Source: a virus. From it: a stretch of DNA of 64,000 nucleotides. Shown piece by piece: positions 1 through 8,911 of the stretch; position 1 is the stretch's first letter, and the number at the start of each line of letters is the position of its first letter. The translations under genes and the position numbers were made by a program. The DNA lies in the IMG/VR virus record IMGVR_UViG_3300012001_000009, positions 7,989 to 71,988 of that record, one strand, 5' to 3'. The notes under the pieces were generated by a model, which did not search any database, was not told where the DNA came from, and saw only the letters and a list, made by a program, of their open reading frames with translations.

Positions 1-651
1 ACCAACCTCAACATCGAAAACGCAAATCCGAAAACTGTCAAGATAGCATACGGTCAGCTTTCGGCAATCGCTCACGCGGTCGGCGTTCTCAACGTCGAAA
101 ACTCCGAACTGCTGCACGATATCCCGCTAAAGGTTCGTGCGAAGTATCAGCCAGCCAATCCGCCCTACGACGAACAAAACCAACTTACTGCATTCAAGAA
201 CGTCAACGAGGTGACACATAGCGCCGGCGCCGTAGCTGCGAAACCCGCGAAAGCTGCACCAGCCACCAAAGCACCGCCGGCAGCAAAAGCATCTGCTAAA
301 GAAGCGTGGAAGCCAAAAACCCCGCCTCCTCCAGCTGAAGAAACAGGAGAAGAAACAGCCGGCGACCCGGACACCAGTTTTCCGTTCGGCGAAAATGCGC
401 CCGAGTATATCATGCTTGAAGCTGCCAACGGTATCAGTCGGGAGGAGTATCTGGAAAACGGATGGACTGACGAGGACCTGATCGAAAATGCCTACATGGA
501 ATTATTTGTGCCTCTTGCTGACCCCGAGCCTGTAGCCAAAAAAGCCCCGCCTCCTCCACCGAAGAAAACAATCGCCAAGCCGCCTGTGAAATCTGCGGCC
601 GCAGCGCCAGCCGCCGGATCGCAGCCTTGGAAGAAAAAGCCCGCTGCGTAA
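1..651 (+). CDS. DUF669-family ssDNA-binding protein, 5' end outside the window
   Basis: Frame 1 is open from base 1: TNLNIENANPKTVKIAYGQLSAIAHAVGV...LHDIPLKV, then a Pro/Ala/Lys tail ending PWKKKPAA. It lies upstream of the exonuclease and helicase. Confidence 0.7.
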   Translation, partial: TNLNIENANPKTVKIAYGQLSAIAHAVGVLNVENSELLHDIPLKVRAKYQPANPPYDEQNQLTAFKNVNEVTHSAGAVAAKPAKAAPATKAPPAAKASAKEAWKPKTPPPPAEETGEETAGDPDTSFPFGENAPEYIMLEAANGISREEYLENGWTDEDLIENAYMELFVPLADPEPVAKKAPPPPPKKTIAKPPVKSAAAAPAAGSQPWKKKPAA

Positions 652-661
652 TCAACCATAA

Positions 662-692
662 GCCTGCGTCGATTTTTGGCGCAGGCATTTTT
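662..692 (+). terminator. Probable intrinsic terminator
   Basis: Hairpin gcctgcgtc-loop-ggcgcaggc followed by attttt, just after the SSB stop. Confidence 0.55.
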
Positions 693-701
693 AGGAAAAC
701 A

Positions 702-905
702 ATGGGCGATGTTATAGAAGGCGCTTTTCCTAAAAAAGAAAAGACTGAGCCGATAAAGCAACCTGAATTCCATACGATGTACGAAATGGCCGCGCCTGCT
801 ACAATTGCAGAACTGGATATGCGGGTGCTTCTATCGCTACTTATGGATAAAGGCATTTTCACCAAGGACGAATTCGTTAAAAGGATGAACGAATTATGGT
901 ACTGA
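702..905 (+). CDS. Hypothetical protein
   Basis: ATG at 702 after aggaaaac; overlaps the next ORF. Confidence 0.55.
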   Translation: MGDVIEGAFPKKEKTEPIKQPEFHTMYEMAAPATIAELDMRVLLSLLMDKGIFTKDEFVKRMNELWY

Positions 906-1186
906 TTAAACAACTCTTCGCAGCCTACTGCGCATGGAAAGCTGATCGTCGCAAAAAGAAAGCAGCCCGAGATTATCGCCGTGGCTACGAATGGGCGATA
1001 CATGAATTGGACACAGGAAGCCTATCCCCATTTGACGTTGAGGTATATTACGGTAGCGGCGTAAATCCTACTGTGTTCGACCGAGGCGCACAGGACGGCA
1101 CGGACGCATGGTGCCTATCATACCCTGACCAAGATGATCGCATTTTCAAATTTAAGCCTTACATGCGCGCAGCAAGGTCCACATGA
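896..1186 (+). CDS. Hypothetical protein
   Basis: 96-aa ORF with ATGA overlap to the exonuclease gene. Confidence 0.6.
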   Translation: MVLIKQLFAAYCAWKADRRKKKAARDYRRGYEWAIHELDTGSLSPFDVEVYYGSGVNPTVFDRGAQDGTDAWCLSYPDQDDRIFKFKPYMRAARST

Positions 1187-2172
1187 CCAACCAAGTATAT
1201 CTAGCGTTGGAGACATTGTTCGCCATAAACGATGCCATAAAGGTAGATCAAGGCGCAGAGTTCCGCAAGCTAGAGGGCGTATGTCTGCCTCAGCTAAAAG
1301 ACGCCTACGACGATGGCCCGCCTGAACATCGTTCACACATGGGCGCCAGCCTTATCGGCAATGATTGCGCCCGCCAAATCTGGTACGGCTTTCACTGGCT
1401 GACTAAACGCGATTACGACGGGACTTTACTTCGGCTGTTCAATCGAGGCCACCTCGAAGAAGGCAGATTTACCGCCATGTTGCTGCTGATCGGCTGCGAA
1501 ATATTCCAGCTTGATGAAAACGGCAAACAGTTTCGTATAAGCGTAGCGGATGGCCATGCGGGCGGATCAGGCGACGGTGTGGCTATCGGAGTACCTGACC
1601 TGCCTGACCCGCAAGAGCCTTGCTTAACTGAGTACAAGACACACGGTAAAAAATCGTTTAACGAACTAGCAGGGGAAAACTGGAAAGAGTACAGAGAGGA
1701 CCAGGCGTTACCGATCGGAGAAAGACGAAATATCGTTTTCGAGGGGCTGGGTGTAAAAGCCGCTAAATTTACGCATTACGTACAGGTTCAGGTATATATG
1801 CGGAAGATGGAATTGACATCATGCTTATACCTTGCAGTCAATAAGGACAATGACGAGATATATGCAGAGATAATTCCCTTGGACATAATCGTAGCTGACC
1901 AATATATAGATCGCATGGAACGGCTCGTGGCTTTGTCAGAACCTCCCAAGCGAATAAGCAATGATCCCAGCGTTTTTAATTGTCGGTATTGCGATCATAG
2001 GGACACTTGCCATAAACTAGGAACTGTGCCAGACCAGAACTGTCGGACCTGCGTCTATAGCAGAATCGACGGACCCGATTGGCTATGCACATGGCGTGGC
2101 AAGTTTATAAAAATCGATAAGGCTAGACAGCTTATTGGTTGCACCGAATATCAAGTAAATCCATCGTTATAA
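1183..2172 (+). CDS. Cas4-like PD-(D/E)XK exonuclease with Cys cluster
   Basis: Motifs RSHMGASLIGNDCARQIWY, GSGDG, EYKT, YVQVQVYM and CRYCDHRDTC. Confidence 0.85.
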   Translation: MTNQVYLALETLFAINDAIKVDQGAEFRKLEGVCLPQLKDAYDDGPPEHRSHMGASLIGNDCARQIWYGFHWLTKRDYDGTLLRLFNRGHLEEGRFTAMLLLIGCEIFQLDENGKQFRISVADGHAGGSGDGVAIGVPDLPDPQEPCLTEYKTHGKKSFNELAGENWKEYREDQALPIGERRNIVFEGLGVKAAKFTHYVQVQVYMRKMELTSCLYLAVNKDNDEIYAEIIPLDIIVADQYIDRMERLVALSEPPKRISNDPSVFNCRYCDHRDTCHKLGTVPDQNCRTCVYSRIDGPDWLCTWRGKFIKIDKARQLIGCTEYQVNPSL

Positions 2173-3878
2173 TGCGCCTCACCCCTCGCCCATACCAAAT
2201 TGAGTGCGTAGACTCAATATACGATTACTTCGAGGAGTTCGATGGCAATCCTGTTTGCGCCCTGCCCACTGGTACTGGGAAATCAGTCATTATCGCTATG
2301 TTCCTCGAACGGGTATTCAAAGAATATCCTCGAGAAAAAATCCTGATCGTAACCCACGTAAAAGAACTGGTTGCTAACAACCATGCAGAACTTATAGACC
2401 TGTGGCCTAACGCACCAGCAGGCATTTATAGCGCGGGGTTGAACAAACGAGATACGCGAAGTTCCATCATATTTGCAGGCATTGCGAGTGTAGCAAAACG
2501 GTTTGAGGAGTTTGGACATTTTGATATAATGATCGTGGACGAGGCACACATGCTATCGCCTAGCGATAAGTCGATGTATCGAAAGTTCATATCTGGATTA
2601 AAGAAAATAAACCCGCTGCTAAAAGTTATAGGATTTACTGCAACGCCTTGGCGCACAGGTGTTGGCCACATTACTGACGACGGTGGAGTATTTACCGATG
2701 TGTGTTTCGACATAACAGATATGGAGTCCTTTAATCGACTTATCGAAGAAGGTTATCTGTGCCAGCTAATCCCAAAGAAAACATCCACACTGCTGGATAC
2801 GGACGGAGTTCATAAACGCGGAGGCGAGTTCATTCCAGCGGAGTTGCAGGCGGCTGTTGATATTGATTCAGTTACTAAAGCTGCCCTTGAGGAAACGATT
2901 GAACTTGCCTCCGATCGTAAGCATTGGCTTATTTTCGCATCAGGCATCGAACACGCTACGCACATTTCCGAAATACTAAACGTTATGGGTGTATCGTGCG
3001 GCGTCGTTCATTCAAAAATGACTGGCGCAGAACGCGACCAGATAATTTTAGATTTTAAATCTGGAAAAATAACTGCTTTAGCGAATTACGGGATACTTAC
3101 CACTGGTTTCAACTTTCCTGCCTTAGACCTTATCGTTATGTTGAGGCCTACTGGCTCGGTAATACTTTGGATCCAGATGCTCGGTCGATTGACTCGCGTT
3201 TTTCTAGGTAAAGAAAATGGATTAGTTTTAGACTTCGCAGGCAATACAAAAAACCTCGGCCCGATCAACGATCCTCTTATTCCGCAAAAGAAGGGCAAGG
3301 GCGGAGGGACTGCGCCTGTTAAAGAATGCCCTGTTTGCGACCCCGCAGTATGGAACCACGCTAAGGCCAAAAACTGTATTTTGTGCGGATATGAATTTTC
3401 CTTCCAAGTCAAGCTGAAAGAAGGCGCCAGCACTGACGAGATAATAAAAAAAGAATTACCAATAACTGCAATTTTGAAGATCGACCGTATTACGTATCAG
3501 CTATTCAAGCCCGCTGGCTTCAGCACCACCCCATGTATCCGCGTTTCGTATATCTGCGGCAAAAAGACAATCACGCAACTCCTCGGGATCGAATATGACG
3601 GCTATTATGGACGACAAGCCCGCGCATGGTGGAACCGACGGGACACTGGATACAGTATGCCGGCCACGAACGTCGCCGCGCTTGAGGTCATTGCGCGCCT
3701 CAAGACGCCAACGCATATAAAAGTGATAATAAACAAGAAATACCCAGATATCCTGGAAGAATGTTTCGACGGGTCAGCTTTTGGGATGCAAGAACCCGAC
3801 GAAACGCCCGTAGAAGCGAATGTGGTCAACTTTGTTCCCATGATAAATCTTGACGCGCAATTGAAAAACTTGGCATAA
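2172..3878 (+). CDS. Superfamily 2 (DEAH, RadD/YejH-like) DNA helicase with C-terminal Zn finger
   Basis: Motifs PTGTGKS, DEAH, TATP, LTTGFN, QMLGR and CPVC...CILC. Confidence 0.9.
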   Translation: MRLTPRPYQIECVDSIYDYFEEFDGNPVCALPTGTGKSVIIAMFLERVFKEYPREKILIVTHVKELVANNHAELIDLWPNAPAGIYSAGLNKRDTRSSIIFAGIASVAKRFEEFGHFDIMIVDEAHMLSPSDKSMYRKFISGLKKINPLLKVIGFTATPWRTGVGHITDDGGVFTDVCFDITDMESFNRLIEEGYLCQLIPKKTSTLLDTDGVHKRGGEFIPAELQAAVDIDSVTKAALEETIELASDRKHWLIFASGIEHATHISEILNVMGVSCGVVHSKMTGAERDQIILDFKSGKITALANYGILTTGFNFPALDLIVMLRPTGSVILWIQMLGRLTRVFLGKENGLVLDFAGNTKNLGPINDPLIPQKKGKGGGTAPVKECPVCDPAVWNHAKAKNCILCGYEFSFQVKLKEGASTDEIIKKELPITAILKIDRITYQLFKPAGFSTTPCIRVSYICGKKTITQLLGIEYDGYYGRQARAWWNRRDTGYSMPATNVAALEVIARLKTPTHIKVIINKKYPDILEECFDGSAFGMQEPDETPVEANVVNFVPMINLDAQLKNLA

Positions 3879-3883
3879 ACCGC

Positions 3884-3913
3884 TTGACAGTGAAAAAGAT
3901 GCCATGTTATCGT
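3884..3913 (+). promoter_or_regulatory. Sigma70-like promoter (repeated family)
   Basis: TTGACA-18bp-TATCGT with an extended TG; very similar to the promoter at 60676. Confidence 0.7.
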
Positions 3914-3937
3914 TTGTACTCGGATCAGGAGATTGCA

Positions 3938-4246
3938 ATGAAAACATTTTACTGCATGGAAAACAAAGCTACAGGTGAGCAATTCGGATTTGCCCAAAAG
4001 CGCGCTTTTGCCCAATCCATTGCGAACGAATTGCACAATTTGCCAGATGCAATCAAAACGATAAATTTCCTGTTTCTCAATAGCAAAGGCGAAAAATCCA
4101 CCGTTTGCCCTTATGAACTTGCAGAATGGTATCAGGAAACACAGGCAGCAATCGATGAAAAATTTATTAACACGCATCATAAAATTTATGTAAAAATGGG
4201 TATTACTCCGTGGGCGGCCCCTCGCTCGTTCTGGGTTAAGAACTAA
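3938..4246 (+). CDS. Hypothetical protein
   Basis: RBS aggag before ATG 3938, downstream of the promoter. Confidence 0.7.
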   Translation: MKTFYCMENKATGEQFGFAQKRAFAQSIANELHNLPDAIKTINFLFLNSKGEKSTVCPYELAEWYQETQAAIDEKFINTHHKIYVKMGITPWAAPRSFWVKN

Positions 4247-4287
4247 TCTAGCGCAATTCCGCGCTAGACTTTCTAAGGAGCATCAAA

Positions 4288-4512
4288 ATGTCCAAACGTG
4301 TTTATCCTGCTGTCAAGCCACTCCGCACAGTGTGCCCGTCCGGCAGAATTTATTCCAACGGCGTCAAAGGCGGGTATCGGGTGAAGTTCTATTGTGTTAT
4401 GCGTATAGACATTCCTGCGCTTGTCGCAAAAGCAAGAGAACTTGGCGCCACTAAAATCCTTTATCCTAATCGTAGCGTTACCTTTTACTTCCCCGCTGAC
4501 GAGTCGCACTGA
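4288..4512 (+). CDS. Hypothetical protein
   Basis: RBS aaggag; 74 aa. Confidence 0.65.
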   Translation: MSKRVYPAVKPLRTVCPSGRIYSNGVKGGYRVKFYCVMRIDIPALVAKARELGATKILYPNRSVTFYFPADESH

Positions 4513-4575
4513 TACGCGACGAAATTGCCGAAAGGCAATACGGGAAATCATTCTCGAAATCACTAGGAGCATATC

Positions 4576-5118
4576 ATGTCCGAACTTCATTTCTACAGCA
4601 ACAAGTCCAAAGCCCAGCGCGCTGTCTCTTCGCAACTCGGGAAGGATGCTGTCGAAGGCAAAGATTTCCACTTTGTCGTCAACGATGAACGCAAGGTAGC
4701 ATATGAACGCCTCAAAGCGCCTAAACAGCCTGCTACGAAAGTCGCCGATCCGTTTGCCGCAGTTATCGCGAACGCTGTTCACGCGACTGCTGGCGAAGTC
4801 GCCGCGAAAATCAAGGCGCCTGAATACACCGGATCTGCCACGAAAGTCGTTGACGGCAAAAAGGTCGCTGTCGATGTTTCCAACGTCGTAATAAAGAAAG
4901 CTGACAAGAAGCTGTCAGCTAAAGACCACATTCGCAAGTGTTTTGCAAAACGCGGCACCTGGTCAACCGAAGAATTGATGGAGGGCGGCTACACCGAAAT
5001 AAACATCAAGACAGCCCTATCCGATTTGAAGAACCTGCAATACTGCGGCGTGGATGGCCCCGTAGTAACCAAGTCGGAAATGAGGGGTGACGTTCGGGTG
5101 TACAAACTGGTTAAATAA
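4576..5118 (+). CDS. Hypothetical protein with C-terminal putative winged-helix domain
   Basis: RBS aggag; C-terminus similar to that of 5206..5970. Confidence 0.7.
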   Translation: MSELHFYSNKSKAQRAVSSQLGKDAVEGKDFHFVVNDERKVAYERLKAPKQPATKVADPFAAVIANAVHATAGEVAAKIKAPEYTGSATKVVDGKKVAVDVSNVVIKKADKKLSAKDHIRKCFAKRGTWSTEELMEGGYTEINIKTALSDLKNLQYCGVDGPVVTKSEMRGDVRVYKLVK

Positions 5119-5157
5119 TCCGCGCTGCATCGTTTTTGATAACCACGTATGATCCCT

Positions 5158-5186
5158 ATACCAACTGCAAACCTTGCAGTTGGTAT
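5158..5186. other. Perfect 13-bp hairpin (terminator or RNA-processing site)
   Basis: ataccaactgcaa-acc-ttgcagttggtat, intergenic, without a clear U-tract. Confidence 0.5.
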
Positions 5187-5205
5187 CCCTATTTAAAGGT
5201 GCTAT

Positions 5206-5970
5206 ATGTACGTTCTAATTGACATGGACAAATGGCGATTCCTGCGAAAACATGAAAACATGACTGCTTTAAGCAACATCGCGTGGATTGAATTCCCGAC
5301 TACCACAATACGAATATCACCTATCGATACGCTGATATTTATTAGCGGTATGAACAGCCGGGACAAACAGGTGTTGTATCGAAATACAGTTGGCGCCGAC
5401 GGACCTAAGCTGACGCAGGCGTCAATTTCACATATTGACGAGATTCTTTTTGATATCGCCAACCAGCTGCCTGTTGCCAATATCGATGTTGAGGACGTTG
5501 CGCGACAAGCTGACAAAATTGGCGAAGGTGACGGCGGGGATTATCGATATTCTCCGAACAAGAAAAGTGCCAGATTGTTGGCGCTGGAAGCTGAGGGAAA
5601 GGGCCCTGACTGGCTCACAATCGATTGGGCGATAGATAAAGAATCGAGTGCTGAGGCTGTTGCAGCAATCGCCGCCGACGCTGATATGGACAAGCTCGAA
5701 AAAACGCCGCTGAAGCCCGTTTTGCCCGCAAAGCAGCGAGAATCTAAGCCCGCGGTCGCCGGCAGATCGTCGCTCAAGGACGAGTTGCGAGAATTATTTG
5801 CCAAGTCTGACAGATATACAATGGATAAACTAATGTATTTGACGGGCAAGGGCGAGTCTAACTTAAAGACTGCTATGGCTGATTTAAAAAATCCCAAATA
5901 CAGTGCAGGGGATGTACTGACAACTAAAACAGAAGGTCAGGGGTTAGAAAAAGTTTATATTAGGGTTTGA
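5206..5970 (+). CDS. Hypothetical protein with C-terminal putative winged-helix domain
   Basis: 254-aa ORF; C-terminus NLKTAMADLKNPKY resembles NIKTALSDLKNLQY of the upstream gene. Confidence 0.7.
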   Translation: MYVLIDMDKWRFLRKHENMTALSNIAWIEFPTTTIRISPIDTLIFISGMNSRDKQVLYRNTVGADGPKLTQASISHIDEILFDIANQLPVANIDVEDVARQADKIGEGDGGDYRYSPNKKSARLLALEAEGKGPDWLTIDWAIDKESSAEAVAAIAADADMDKLEKTPLKPVLPAKQRESKPAVAGRSSLKDELRELFAKSDRYTMDKLMYLTGKGESNLKTAMADLKNPKYSAGDVLTTKTEGQGLEKVYIRV

Positions 5971-6051
5971 ATTTCAGAATCCCTATGCTATAGTTCGTTT
6001 TGTAGTTTCGATTTAACAAAGAATTTATAACCTACTTTATGGAGAATCACA

Positions 6052-6846
6052 ATGTCAACCGCCGCAAAAATCCCTACCCCTGCCGAAGCCAAAGCCGCTG
6101 CTGTCGCCAAGAAAGCTGAAGAAGCCAAGTTGGCCGCCAAGGCAAAAGCCGATGCCGCTGCTGCCGTCGTTGCTGCCAAAGCCAAGAAAGATGCTGAAGC
6201 TAAAGCCGCTGCTGACGCCAAAGCAAAAGTCGCCGCTGCCGAAAAAGCAGCCAAGGAAAAAGCTGAAGCTGACGCCAAGGCAGTTGCAGCTAAAGAAGCT
6301 GCCAAGAAAGCCACCGCTGACGCGAAGGCCGCTGCCGATAAGGTGAAAGCTGAAGCCAAGGTCGCATCGGAAAAAGCCAAAGCTGAAGCCAAGGTCGCAT
6401 CGGAAAAAGCCAAAGCTGAAGCCGATAAGGTGAAAGCTGAAGCCAAGGCCGCATCGGAAAAAGCCAAGGCTGAAGCTGATAAGGTGAAAGCTGAAGCCAA
6501 GGTCGCTGCCGAGAAGGTGAAGTCGGACGCCAAAGCAGAACGCGAAGCAAAAGCAAAAGCCAAAGCTGAAGCTGCCGCCGAAAAAGCGGCCAAGAAAACT
6601 GATCCAGTTATCGAGAACGGCATCCGGCATCCGCAGCTTGAAAGCAAATGCGGAATTATCTGGGCTATCGCTGACAAGCTGACCGCCGACATGGGTAGCA
6701 CTGTGCCCTGGTCTGTCCTGATCGCCGAAACCAGCAAGGACCCTGATATTGCTCCCGGCACCGTGTTCACTGAATACGGCCGCTGGAGGAAATTCCACGG
6801 CGTCACCGGCCGCATCGTTGTCGCAAAAGAAGCTGCTGCCGCGTAA
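6052..6846 (+). CDS. Ala/Lys/Glu-rich repeat protein with a C-terminal globular, probably DNA-binding, domain
   Basis: RBS ggag; AEAKVASEKAK repeats; C-terminus NGIRHP...KCGIIWAIAD...TEYGRWRKFHG. Confidence 0.75.
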   Translation: MSTAAKIPTPAEAKAAAVAKKAEEAKLAAKAKADAAAAVVAAKAKKDAEAKAAADAKAKVAAAEKAAKEKAEADAKAVAAKEAAKKATADAKAAADKVKAEAKVASEKAKAEAKVASEKAKAEADKVKAEAKAASEKAKAEADKVKAEAKVAAEKVKSDAKAEREAKAKAKAEAAAEKAAKKTDPVIENGIRHPQLESKCGIIWAIADKLTADMGSTVPWSVLIAETSKDPDIAPGTVFTEYGRWRKFHGVTGRIVVAKEAAAA

Positions 6847-6862
6847 TTTTCGCCTGCCTCAC

Positions 6863-6894
6863 AAACTGCCGCGCAATGCGGCAGTTTTCTTTTA
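6863..6894 (+). terminator. Intrinsic terminator
   Basis: aaactgccgc-gcaat-gcggcagttt followed by tctttt. Confidence 0.75.
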
Positions 6895-6918
6895 TTGGGT
6901 CTAAAACAAGGATACCCC

Positions 6919-7665
6919 ATGCTAAATCCATTTCCGAGTTATCTAAATAAGCAACCCATCGAAAAGCGAACCAACCTTTACGAGGGAACGTTTTTGGATG
7001 TACATTCGATTTTTTATACCATCCAGGGTGAAGGTCCTTTTGTGGGACGACCAGCCATTTTCATTCGACTGGCTGGATGCAATCTGCAATGCCCTGGATG
7101 CGATACTGATTACACTAGCGGGCGGCATATTTATTCAGTCGATATGGTTGTGGACCGGGTTCGTCTTGTAACACCCAGCCATAGGGATGCTAGAGGTAGA
7201 ATGCTTGTGGTGATTACAGGTGGCGAGCCGTTCCGACAGAACTTGACACCGTTAATAAAGGATTTGCGTCTATGTTTGTATGATGTGCAAATCGAGACAA
7301 ACGGCACGCTTGCTCCGTATAATCCAGAGATATATGAAAACAGCCGTATCACCACCATCGTATGCAGCCCTAAAGCCGGCAAGATTCATCCGAAGCTGGA
7401 GCCGCTTATCGATGCATACAAATACGTATTGAGCGCCGACAGCGTGGATTCTGAGGACGGCTTGCCGGTGTTAGCGCTTGGCCACACTGCCTCGCCTCGA
7501 GTCGCAAGACCTCGCGCAGGATTTATAGGCCCCGTCTATCTTCAACCGATGGACTCTGGTGACGAGGACACCAATCGGCGAAATCTAAAAGCTGTAATTG
7601 ATAGCGCAATGCGATACAATTTTATTGTATGTCTACAATTACACAAAATCATTGGAATGGAGTAA
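6919..7665 (+). CDS. queE: 7-carboxy-7-deazaguanine synthase (radical SAM)
   Basis: Motifs FYTIQGEG, RLAGCNLQCPGCDT, ITGGEP, IETNG, SPK and QLHK. Confidence 0.93.
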   Translation: MLNPFPSYLNKQPIEKRTNLYEGTFLDVHSIFYTIQGEGPFVGRPAIFIRLAGCNLQCPGCDTDYTSGRHIYSVDMVVDRVRLVTPSHRDARGRMLVVITGGEPFRQNLTPLIKDLRLCLYDVQIETNGTLAPYNPEIYENSRITTIVCSPKAGKIHPKLEPLIDAYKYVLSADSVDSEDGLPVLALGHTASPRVARPRAGFIGPVYLQPMDSGDEDTNRRNLKAVIDSAMRYNFIVCLQLHKIIGME

Positions 7666-7668
7666 TCT

Positions 7669-8433
7669 ATGCGTAAAGCCTTAGTGGTATTAAGTGGTGG
7701 TCAGGACAGCACCACCGCTTTGTTCTGGGCCAAAGAACATTTTGAGGAAGTGCATGCCATAACGTTTAATTATGGCCAGCTGCATATTATCGAAGTCAAC
7801 GCGGCTATGAAAGTAGCCAAGATGGCTGGGGTGGCCTCGCATGAAATCATTCATGTGCCGCATTGTCTGGTTAGCACTAGCCCTCTGATTACCCACACTG
7901 ATTTGGAACGATATGCGGATCATCGGGAAATGGAACGCATCATTGGTGGACGGGTTGAAAAGACATTTGTGCCAATGCGTAATGCGTTTTTCTTTGTTAT
8001 CGCCATGAATCACGCTGTGGCGCTCGGCAGCTATGATCTGGTTACAGGGGTTTGCCAAGAGGACAATGCGAACTATCCCGATTGCACCGAAACATTCGTT
8101 AATCGATTCATTTCCATGACAAATGCATCCATGGGAGCAGCGACTAACGAGTTCTATATCCATGCGCCGCTAATGCACCTAACGAAAGCGGAAACTGTTC
8201 GCATGTCCGCAGGTATGCCAGAATGCTGGAAGGCGCTTGCATACACACATACAAGCTACGATGGCATATATCCGCCGAATGACCACAACCACGCGAACAT
8301 ACTACGCGCTCAGGGCTTTCTTGAGGCGGGTTTTCCTGACCCCCTCGTTGTTCGCGCATGGAAAGAAGGGCTGATGGAGCTTCCGATTAGTGACAACTAT
8401 GCCATCCTTTTAAATCAATCGCCAAAAGGGTGA
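7669..8433 (+). CDS. queC: 7-cyano-7-deazaguanine synthase, variant lacking the C-terminal Cys cluster
   Basis: PP-loop SGGQDS plus YGQ, TFVPMRN, YPDC and PLMHLTKAE. Confidence 0.92.
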   Translation: MRKALVVLSGGQDSTTALFWAKEHFEEVHAITFNYGQLHIIEVNAAMKVAKMAGVASHEIIHVPHCLVSTSPLITHTDLERYADHREMERIIGGRVEKTFVPMRNAFFFVIAMNHAVALGSYDLVTGVCQEDNANYPDCTETFVNRFISMTNASMGAATNEFYIHAPLMHLTKAETVRMSAGMPECWKALAYTHTSYDGIYPPNDHNHANILRAQGFLEAGFPDPLVVRAWKEGLMELPISDNYAILLNQSPKG

Positions 8434-8440
8434 TGACAGA

Positions 8441-8911
8441 ATGACCTACCTATCTACAAAGACATACGGGCACGAAATCGGCCTAAGCTGCGCATTCCGA
8501 CAATGGAAGGCGCATTCGCACTGTAACAAGCTGCACGGATACGCGCTGGGTGTGAAGTTCGTATTTGCTACTGCCGAGCCAGACCGATGCGGGTGGGTCG
8601 TTGATTTTGGCAGCTTGAAGTCGCTAAAACAAATGCTCCAGGACACTTTCGACCATACGGTGCTTGTTGCCAATGATGACCCTGAGTTAGAGGCATTCCA
8701 TATGATGAATAACATCGGCATCGCCAAAGTAGTCGTTTTGGAAGCCACTGGGTGCGAGGCGTTCGCAGAACTGATTTATAACTGCACGGAAGTGTGGTTA
8801 CAAGATAACGGCTATGCGCCTCGAGTCGTTCTGCACAGTGTTGAGGTTTCTGAGCATGGGGCAAACTCGGCTATTTACTGTCCACAAGGAGGCAATAGTG
8901 CGCCTAATTGA
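8441..8911 (+). CDS. queD: 6-carboxytetrahydropterin synthase (PTPS fold)
   Basis: Motifs HCNKLHGY, GWVVDFGSLK and FDHT, in que cluster context. Confidence 0.88.
   Translation: MTYLSTKTYGHEIGLSCAFRQWKAHSHCNKLHGYALGVKFVFATAEPDRCGWVVDFGSLKSLKQMLQDTFDHTVLVANDDPELEAFHMMNNIGIAKVVVLEATGCEAFAELIYNCTEVWLQDNGYAPRVVLHSVEVSEHGANSAIYCPQGGNSAPN

Noticed and set aside
1183-2172. Cas4 as part of a CRISPR-Cas system
   Set aside because: No cas1, cas2 or array is present; the SSB-exonuclease-helicase context indicates a phage recombination nuclease.
6052-6846. TolA homologue
   Set aside because: The resemblance is only low-complexity Ala/Lys composition; there is no N-terminal TM anchor.
5988-6920. Long antisense ORFs here and opposite the structural genes
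   Set aside because: They are shadows of low-complexity or biased-codon sense genes, with no RBS or recognisable motifs.
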